This document shows, one piece after another, positions 57,658 to 64,000 of a DNA stretch of 64,000 nucleotides. Every line of letters starts with the position of its first letter. Positions within the stretch are counted from its first letter, which is position 1. The stretch comes from Candidatus Moraniibacteriota bacterium. Lineage in GTDB: Bacteria > Patescibacteriota > Minisyncoccia > Moranbacterales > UBA2206. Below the pieces are notes generated by a model. The model saw only the letters and a program-made list of their open reading frames with translations, was not told the origin of the DNA and made no database searches. Where the stretch lies: positions 8,606 to 72,605 of the forward strand of contig DMWY01000001.1 of NCBI GenBank assembly GCA_003483065.1, in the 5' to 3' direction. The position numbers were made by a program, and so were the translations under genes.

Positions 57658-57706
57658 TAGTAAGCTTGTCTGCCGATGAGGCAGGTATTATGTAGTAAGT
57701 ATAAGG
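57658..57706. repeat. 7-bp array with an inserted 21-bp palindrome (copy C, 57665-57685)
   Basis: tagtaag [cttgtctgccgatgaggcagg] tattatg tagtaag tataagg. Confidence 0.75.
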
Positions 57707-57709
57707 TAT

Positions 57710-57737
57710 TTGACAGTTTTTTAAAAGGCGCTATAAT
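57710..57737 (+). promoter_or_regulatory. promoter of rrf2-iscS-iscU
   Basis: TTGACA-N16-TATAAT. Confidence 0.75.
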
Positions 57738-57738
57738 T

Positions 57739-57763
57739 AAAGCATACTAAATTAGTAGGATAT
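57739..57763. promoter_or_regulatory. candidate Rrf2/IscR-type operator
   Basis: aaagcaTACTAAaTTAGTAggatat, a dyad over the predicted transcription start. Confidence 0.6.
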
Positions 57764-57770
57764 AAACAAT

Positions 57771-58157
57771 ATGAAGTTTTCTACAAAAGCAGAATACGGG
57801 CTTAGAGCAATGGTTAATTTAGCCAGCTGTTTTCCTGAACTCAAAAATATTAAAAGTATTTCCCAAGAAGAAAAAATATCAGCCAAGTATTTAGAGAGAT
57901 TAATTGGAGAATTGCGAGAAAGAAAAATAGTGAAAAGTTTGAAAGGAAAAAATGGGGGATATGTTTTAGCACGAAAGCCGGAGCAAATAACCGCTGGGGA
58001 AATTATTGAAATTATGGATGGCTCGATGGTACCGAAATGTTATGGCAATCAATGTACTCACATGAAGACTTGTGCTTCCAGTTTCGTGTGGATAAAATTA
58101 GGTGAGCAAATTAGAAAAACTTTGTATGGGATTAAGTTAGGTGATTTAATAAAATAA
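57771..58157 (+). CDS. Rrf2 family transcriptional regulator (IscR-like)
   Basis: STKAEYGLRA, YLE, S..G.NGGY.L, three Cys. Confidence 0.92.
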   Translation: MKFSTKAEYGLRAMVNLASCFPELKNIKSISQEEKISAKYLERLIGELRERKIVKSLKGKNGGYVLARKPEQITAGEIIEIMDGSMVPKCYGNQCTHMKTCASSFVWIKLGEQIRKTLYGIKLGDLIK

Positions 58158-58169
58158 ATAATAATTTTT

Positions 58170-59387
58170 ATGAAACAAATATATTTCGATCACGCGGCAA
58201 CTACGCCCGTAGACAAAAAAGTATTGCAAGAAATGATGCCATATTTTAATCAGAATTTTGGCAATGCTTCATCGATTCATTCTTTTGGTCAGGAAGCATT
58301 GCTGGCAGTGGAAAAAGCCAGAATGCAAGTGGCTAAATATTTCAATGCTAATCTAAACGAAATTATTTTTACTAGCGGAGCGACAGAATCAAATAATTTA
58401 GCGATAAAAGGGACAGACAGAGCTTATTTTAAAAAAGAGAAAAAGAAACCACATATTATCACAACTACCTTTGAACATCATTGTGTTCTGGAGACTGTGA
58501 AAAAAATGGAAAAAGAAAATTTAATCGAAGCAACTTTTATAAATCCAAAAAAAGATGGAGTGATTGATGTTCGTGATATAAAAAATGCAATCAAGTCGAA
58601 TACAATTTTGGTTTCTGTGATGTATGTCAACAATGAAATCGGCACGGTGCAACCGATTTCTGAAATAGGAAGAATGATAAAATCAAAAAACAGTGAACAA
58701 GGAACAGGAGACAAGAAAATTATATTCCACACAGATGCGACTCAGGCAGTGGCTTATTTTGATTGTAATGTTGAAAAATTGGGAGTAGATTTGATGAGTA
58801 TGTCAGCGCATAAAATATATGGACCAAAAGGAGTGGGGGCGTTATATGTCAAGTTTGGGCTTGATATAGCCAAAATTCAAGATGGTGGAGCGCAAGAATT
58901 TGGACTGCGCGCAGGCACTCTAAATGTACCAGGGATAGTTGGACTAGGAAGTGCGATATCAATGATTAGAAATCAAGATTCAGTAAATACAAAAATAAGA
59001 GAACTGAGAGATTATTTAGTTGCAAAAATTCTCAAAGAAATTCCAGATTCAAGATTAAATGGTTCAAAGATAAAAAGATCACCGAATAATGTGAATGTAA
59101 ATTTTTCGCGAGTAGAAGGGGAGAGTCTTTTAATGATGCTTTCAGCGGAGGGAGTTTTTGCTTCAACCGGTTCAGCTTGTTCATCGGGATCGCTTTCGCC
59201 ATCACACGTGCTTTTGTCGCTTGGTTTGAAACCAGAAGAAACGCATGGCTCACTCAGATTGACACTGGGAAAAAATACGACCAAAAAAGAAATTGATTAT
59301 GCGGTGAAAGCAATTAAAAAATCAGTAGAAAAATTGAGAAAAGTTTCTGGCAATGTGCTTAAGGATTATTATAAAAATAAATCTTAA
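58170..59387 (+). CDS. iscS: cysteine desulfurase (IscS/NifS)
   Basis: YFDHAATTP, FTSGATESNN, HTDATQ, SAHKIYGPKG, STGSACSS. Confidence 0.93.
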   Translation: MKQIYFDHAATTPVDKKVLQEMMPYFNQNFGNASSIHSFGQEALLAVEKARMQVAKYFNANLNEIIFTSGATESNNLAIKGTDRAYFKKEKKKPHIITTTFEHHCVLETVKKMEKENLIEATFINPKKDGVIDVRDIKNAIKSNTILVSVMYVNNEIGTVQPISEIGRMIKSKNSEQGTGDKKIIFHTDATQAVAYFDCNVEKLGVDLMSMSAHKIYGPKGVGALYVKFGLDIAKIQDGGAQEFGLRAGTLNVPGIVGLGSAISMIRNQDSVNTKIRELRDYLVAKILKEIPDSRLNGSKIKRSPNNVNVNFSRVEGESLLMMLSAEGVFASTGSACSSGSLSPSHVLLSLGLKPEETHGSLRLTLGKNTTKKEIDYAVKAIKKSVEKLRKVSGNVLKDYYKNKS

Positions 59388-59410
59388 TGTTTGTAAATTT
59401 ATTAAAGTTT

Positions 59411-59450
59411 CTTTATGAACTTTTAACTTTATAGACTTTTAACTTAACTT
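59411..59450. repeat. 7/8-bp periodic array between iscS and iscU
   Basis: ctttatga actttta actttatag actttta actt. Confidence 0.7.
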
Positions 59451-59452
59451 AT

Positions 59453-59839
59453 ATGTATTCAAAAAAAGTTCTGGAACATTTTACTCGTCCACACAATCAG
59501 GGTGTGATAAAAAATCCATCAGGAGTTGGAATGGTTGGCAATCCAACTTGCGGTGATATGATGAAAATTTATATCAAGGTAAAAAAAGATGTCAAAAAGA
59601 GGGAAGTGATAAGTGATATCAAATTTGAAACTCTGGGATGCGCTAGCGCGATTGCGACCTCATCTATGATCACCGATTTGGCAAAAAACAAGACTTTGGA
59701 GGAGGCATTAAAGATTACCAGGAATGATGTGGCGGAAGCTCTAGAGGGTTTGCCGCCAATAAAAATGCATTGTTCGAATTTAGCAGCTGATAGTTTGAGA
59801 GAAGCGGTAAGGGATTATAGAGATAAGAATAAAAAATAA
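59453..59839 (+). CDS. iscU: Fe-S scaffold IscU/NifU-N
   Basis: YSKKVLEHF, NPTCGD, GCASAIA, LPPIKMHCS. Confidence 0.93.
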   Translation: MYSKKVLEHFTRPHNQGVIKNPSGVGMVGNPTCGDMMKIYIKVKKDVKKREVISDIKFETLGCASAIATSSMITDLAKNKTLEEALKITRNDVAEALEGLPPIKMHCSNLAADSLREAVRDYRDKNKK

Positions 59840-59867
59840 AATAAATTTATCAATAAAATTGTTTTTT

Positions 59868-59894
59868 AAAAACCGCTCTAAAAAAGCGGTTTTT
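59868..59894 (+). terminator. terminator after iscU
   Basis: aaaaaccgct-ctaaaa-aagcggttttt. Confidence 0.75.
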
Positions 59895-59925
59895 ATTAAA
59901 GGGGAGTGGGGCGAGAGAAATGTCT

Positions 59926-59959
59926 ATAGTGTCGCACAATGATACTTATACGACACTAT
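59926..59959. other. candidate tyrosine-recombinase (dif/lox-like) site
   Basis: ATAGTGTCGCACA ATGATACT TATACGACACTAT (13-8-13); inner 11-6-11 GTGTCGCACAA TGATAC TTATACGACAC. Confidence 0.55.
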
Positions 59960-60023
59960 GTATTATCCTAGGCCCTACTGAATAGATTAAGGTCTGCATA
60001 CATCAATCTATCCTAATATAAAT

Positions 60024-60062
60024 AAAAACGGCTCTCAAGTTAATTTTGGAAGCCGTTTTTTT
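60024..60062 (-). terminator. terminator after the M23 peptidase gene
   Basis: aaaaacggct...agccgttttt. Confidence 0.7.
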
Positions 60063-60069
60063 ATTTTTC

Positions 60070-61302
60070 TTATTTTAAATATTTCATTGGATTGATTGAA
60101 GCGCCAACTGGAATCATAAGTCCTTTGACATATTTTGATTGGACTGTTTCAAAACTTTTTGAAGTGAAAACAGAAAAGTGAAGATGTGGGCCAGTTGAAT
60201 TTCCAGTATTGCCACTTTTTCCAATCTTGTCCCCTATTTTTAGAGTGCTACCTTTTGAAACGAGTTGACTACTAAGATGTCCATATAATGTGAGTAGTCC
60301 ATCATTATGGTCAACCGCAACCCATTTGCCATAAGCATATTTTCCATTGTTGCCGATTCCGACAACTTTTCCGCCTTTGGCTGTGAAAATATTATTACCA
60401 GTGCTAAGTCCAAAATCAACTCCGTTATGAGGTTTGCCACCATAAGCGCCTCGTTTGGCATAGGAAGTCATTCCATATCCCTGGGTGATTCTTACTGAAG
60501 AGACTGGATAGTTGAAATATCCGCCTTTAGCAGGAGGCAAATTACTATAATCAACGGCCTTGCTTGATTCTAGGCTATATATTTCATCTTCAATGTCGGA
60601 TAAAAGTTTTTCATACTTTGCTTTTTCTGCTTGAGTCTCGACGAGAATTTTTTGTTTTTGATTTTCACTTAATTGTAATTCATATTTGTCATCTTGCAAT
60701 TCTTTTTTTAGTTTTTCACTTTGCTCATAGGATCCTTGAAGTTCTTTTTGGTCATCAACTAATTCTTGCTGATTCTTTTTTATGGTGGCTAATAGGTCTG
60801 ACACTCTAACTCCGGATTGTCTGATATAATCCACTTGTCCAAAAGGATTTGTAAATGTATTATCCAGAAGAACTATATCTAAAATTCCCTGTTGGTCATA
60901 ATCATAATAGGACTGCATCAAGCCGGAAAGCATTTTCTTTTGATAGATGATATCCTTTTCTTTTTCTTCGATGCTATTTTCCAAGGTAGTTATTTTTTCA
61001 GAAATACTGGTTAGATTTTTAATTGTTTCAAGAAGGGTTTGTTGGTTTTGGGCTTGTTCTTTGTTTATATAACCAATTTGACTATTGACGACTTCTAGTT
61101 GCTTAGTTTTGACTTCTATTATTTTTTCATATTTTTCAATTTTATCGCAATCATCAGAACATTTTTTTTGTAATGTCTGGTCAGTTGGATAGAGAGTTTT
61201 GCACTTATCCTCACAATCAACAGCAAAAACTTTTTCCAAATTTAAAAATGAAAAAATTGCGATAAAAATAAAAAATATTAATTTTGTTTTTTTGTTTAAC
61301 AT
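60070..61302 (-). CDS. secreted coiled-coil M23 peptidase (EnvC/MepM-like)
   Basis: Signal peptide, long coiled coil, HNGVD, YGHL, STGPHLHF. Confidence 0.9.
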   Translation of the reverse strand: MLNKKTKLIFFIFIAIFSFLNLEKVFAVDCEDKCKTLYPTDQTLQKKCSDDCDKIEKYEKIIEVKTKQLEVVNSQIGYINKEQAQNQQTLLETIKNLTSISEKITTLENSIEEKEKDIIYQKKMLSGLMQSYYDYDQQGILDIVLLDNTFTNPFGQVDYIRQSGVRVSDLLATIKKNQQELVDDQKELQGSYEQSEKLKKELQDDKYELQLSENQKQKILVETQAEKAKYEKLLSDIEDEIYSLESSKAVDYSNLPPAKGGYFNYPVSSVRITQGYGMTSYAKRGAYGGKPHNGVDFGLSTGNNIFTAKGGKVVGIGNNGKYAYGKWVAVDHNDGLLTLYGHLSSQLVSKGSTLKIGDKIGKSGNTGNSTGPHLHFSVFTSKSFETVQSKYVKGLMIPVGASINPMKYLK

Positions 61303-61321
61303 GAGTTTTATTTTCTTTCTT

Positions 61322-62851
61322 TTATATTTTGCCTATTGTATTTTTTAATCTCGATGATGTTTCTTCTTTCCCAAGCACCCAAGCGCATTCAAAGGGTGAA
61401 GGTGATTTTTTCTCTCCCGTAAGCGTGGCGCGCAGTGGCCAGAGGAGCTCTCCCCTATTTTCTCCCGCAGATTCCATCAGAATTTTTTCCAAATTTTCGC
61501 GTGTCCAATTCTCGTCCGTTATATTTTCCAAAACGTTCAAAGATTTTTCCAGGGATTTTTTCAAGTCATCGTCCGACATATCTTTCCAGCGTAAAAGTTC
61601 CTTGTCAAAATTTGCGTCGTGAAAAAAGAACTGATTACTCTCCCCCACTTCTGACAAATTTTGTAAACGGTCTTGTTCGATTGACAAAACTTTCTTAATA
61701 TATTCGTCCGATTTTTTTTCTGCGCTAGTATTTTTATAAAACTCTTTTTCTTTGAAAAATTCCAAAGATTTTTCATACAATTCTTCAATGGAAAGTTTTT
61801 TTATCCACTGCGAATTTATCCAATCTAATTTTTTGATGTCAAAAACTGCGCCCGCTTTATGAACATGCGCCAAATCAAATTTTTCCACTAATTCATCAAG
61901 CGTGAAAATTTCCTGCGTTTCTCCTTTTCCTGGATTCCAACCGAGCATTGCCACGAAATTGATAATCGCTTCCTTGAGATAGCCTTTCTTTATATAATCT
62001 TCCACCGCCACATCACCTTGGCGTTTGGAAAGTTTGGATTTATCAGGATTAAGAAGAAGCGGTAGATGAGCGAATTTTGGAGCTTCCCAGCCAAAATAGC
62101 GATATAATAGAATATGAATCGGCATACTTGGAAGCCATTCTTCACCACGAATAACATGAGTAGTTTGCATATCATGATCATCTATAACACTAGCCAGATG
62201 ATAGGTTGGAAATCCATCAGATTTTAGAAGTATTTGATCGGTAACTAAATTAGTATTGAATTTAACACGTCCTCGAATTACGTCATCAACCTCAATCGTT
62301 TCATCTTGTGGAACTTTAATTCGAATAGTATAAGGACAATTATTTTTTAGATTTTTATTTATTTCTTCTTCACTAACATTTTGTAAGCAAAATCTATCAT
62401 AAATAGGGGGTTGTTTTTTGGCGGTTTGTTCTTTCCTCATTTCCTCGAGTCTTTCTGGTTCACAAAAACAATAGTAAGCATAACCATTTTTTACCAGCCC
62501 ATCAGCATATTTTTTGTAAATTTCTAATTTTTCTGATTGAATATATGGCCCATACTCGCCCACTTCAAAAACTCCAGGGTAATTTTTTGATTCCTGACTA
62601 TTTGCATTGTTACTTAACACTTTACTTAACATCACTCCTTCATTTCTTTCTAATCCCAGAAAATCCAGTGAATTTATTAATTTTTCCACCGCACCTTCGA
62701 CAAATCTTTTTCGATCAGTATCTTCAATTTTAAGTAGAAAATCGCCACTATTTTTTTTGGCAAATAAATAGGCATAAAGCGCAGTTCGAAGACCTCCTAC
62801 ATGTAAGTATCCGGTCGGCGACGGCGCAAATCTAGTTCTGATTTTGTTCAT
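61322..62851 (-). CDS. gltX: glutamate--tRNA ligase
   Basis: RFAPSPTGYLHVGG, IEDTD, PTYH, THVIRGEEW, KLSKR. Confidence 0.95.
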   Translation of the reverse strand: MNKIRTRFAPSPTGYLHVGGLRTALYAYLFAKKNSGDFLLKIEDTDRKRFVEGAVEKLINSLDFLGLERNEGVMLSKVLSNNANSQESKNYPGVFEVGEYGPYIQSEKLEIYKKYADGLVKNGYAYYCFCEPERLEEMRKEQTAKKQPPIYDRFCLQNVSEEEINKNLKNNCPYTIRIKVPQDETIEVDDVIRGRVKFNTNLVTDQILLKSDGFPTYHLASVIDDHDMQTTHVIRGEEWLPSMPIHILLYRYFGWEAPKFAHLPLLLNPDKSKLSKRQGDVAVEDYIKKGYLKEAIINFVAMLGWNPGKGETQEIFTLDELVEKFDLAHVHKAGAVFDIKKLDWINSQWIKKLSIEELYEKSLEFFKEKEFYKNTSAEKKSDEYIKKVLSIEQDRLQNLSEVGESNQFFFHDANFDKELLRWKDMSDDDLKKSLEKSLNVLENITDENWTRENLEKILMESAGENRGELLWPLRATLTGEKKSPSPFECAWVLGKEETSSRLKNTIGKI

Positions 62852-62852
62852 A

Positions 62853-63446
62853 TTATTTTATACTTTTTAATTTTTCCACAAACTCCGGAAATTCTTTTAG
62901 ATTAAAATGTCCCTTATCTTCAAAAATTACTTTTTCTGTATTAGGTAGGAGTTTAGAATATTTTTCTATTTCGGAAAATGGAACCATTGGATCATCCTTA
63001 GAATGATAAAGAAAAATTTTGGAACATTGAGTAGAAAATTTTTCTAAAGATTCTCCTAGTGCAAAATCTCCTAGGTAATCATCGCTATGTGGTGCAGCGA
63101 TTAAAAAAGCAGCTTTAATTTTAACTGGGAAATTATTTTCTGATAAATACTTAGTTAAGAAAAGCCCACCAAGTGATCCACCAATTAAGATTATATTGTC
63201 TTCTAAGAATTTAAAGCTTTTTTCAAACCATATTTTCCATTCGATATATTTGGCATTGTAAGCACTGGGCATCTGCGGCAAGAAAACTTCATAATTTTCA
63301 CCAAGATCTCTTTGCAAATTATCTCGCCATTTTTTTCGTCCAGTTAAATATTCTTTTGTAAATTCATGATTCCGAAGATAATCCAAGTACTCTTCATAGG
63401 TCTCAAAAACATCTCCTCCGTGAATAATAAGAATTTGTTGTGGCAT
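62853..63446 (-). CDS. alpha/beta hydrolase, YdeN/RBBP9 family
   Basis: IIHGG, GGSLGG, HSKDDP.VP, GHF. Confidence 0.85.
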   Translation of the reverse strand: MPQQILIIHGGDVFETYEEYLDYLRNHEFTKEYLTGRKKWRDNLQRDLGENYEVFLPQMPSAYNAKYIEWKIWFEKSFKFLEDNIILIGGSLGGLFLTKYLSENNFPVKIKAAFLIAAPHSDDYLGDFALGESLEKFSTQCSKIFLYHSKDDPMVPFSEIEKYSKLLPNTEKVIFEDKGHFNLKEFPEFVEKLKSIK

Positions 63447-63472
63447 AATTAGTTTATTTCGTAAATATTTGT

Positions 63473-63919
63473 TTATTTTGTGTCTTCTACGGCTTCTTTT
63501 TCCTCCTTGTCTTTTTTAATTATTCTCCAATGCAGAAGACAAAGTGGCAAAGCGACAAGAAGCATCGTGAATGAGTCAACGTAATTTGTTTGTCTTTCTC
63601 TTTTGAAACAAATATCTCCGGAATTATTTTCTTTCCAGTTTTTATAATCAACCAGAAGAGATGCTAGTTGATCTTTTTGTTCTTGAGTTGTTATTTCACT
63701 ATCTTTTGCATTTTCTATGGACTTGGAAGCTGTAAGCTCATACATCGGAGGCTCATTTCTGCACATTCCATATCCTCCTTTTTCCGCTTCCGGAAAAACA
63801 TATGCCTTTAGCGTCGTGTTTATAATTCTTCCAGCTCCGACTGCTACGAAAATAAGACTGATAAGTGCTGCTAGATACAAGTAGATAGAACGAATTAGTT
63901 TTGTTGTTTTTGTTGTCAT
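63473..63919 (-). CDS. two-TM membrane protein (DUF5671-like)
   Basis: IRSIYLYL...ISL, LP...LHWR. Confidence 0.6.
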   Translation of the reverse strand: MTTKTTKLIRSIYLYLAALISLIFVAVGAGRIINTTLKAYVFPEAEKGGYGMCRNEPPMYELTASKSIENAKDSEITTQEQKDQLASLLVDYKNWKENNSGDICFKRERQTNYVDSFTMLLVALPLCLLHWRIIKKDKEEKEAVEDTK

Positions 63920-64000
63920 AGTTTTTATTTATTAATTAATACAAATTCTAAATATTTTACATTTTAAAGAATTATTCTGTTCACATGTTGCCTTCCATTC

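Noticed and set aside
59900-60015. Structured ncRNA (6S, tRNA or riboswitch) in the iscU-M23 gap
   Set aside because: Several stems exist but their G-U pairs favour different strands and no known RNA motif or promoter was found; the recombination-site reading is preferred, though an RNA is not excluded.
62610-62631. ttacttaaca duplicated at 12-bp spacing in a gltX loop insertion
   Set aside because: A single short duplication in a variable loop, explained by ordinary slippage.
63965-64000. Possible 3' end of a minus-strand gene entering the window
   Set aside because: Only about 11 codons are visible, too few to call.

Overview
AT-rich, gene-dense bacterial DNA using the standard code. It is most likely from a Patescibacteria/Parcubacteria (CPR) genome; this is an inference from the archaeal-type pyrH, the scarcity of Shine-Dalgarno sites, the many GT-C enzymes and the tight gene packing. 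About 50 kb (1.5-50.4 kb) is one cell-surface glycosylation region: GT4/GT2 transferases, UDP-glucose dehydrogenase, amidotransferases, methyltransferases, GtrA and Wzx flippases, DUF2304, about nine polytopic GT-C-like proteins, an O-antigen-ligase-like protein and an LCP ligase. The rest is housekeeping (ctpA, rplI, pyrG, rpmA, pyrH, rrf2-iscS-iscU, M23 peptidase, gltX). Main observations: (1) a divergent RtcB-family ligase and a thymidylate-kinase-like gene sit inside a glycosylation operon, which suggests a non-RNA, GTP-dependent phosphodiester modification system; (2) a 34-bp dif/lox-like site lies at 59926-59959; (3) 7-bp periodic arrays and several small palindromic elements recur, some in frame inside genes, and one four-helix-bundle gene is flanked by such arrays; (4) a partial transsulfuration gene missing from the ORF track is paired with a divergent cysteine-synthase-like gene. 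No rRNA, tRNA, CRISPR array or transposase was seen. All family calls come from motif recognition by eye, not database searches.
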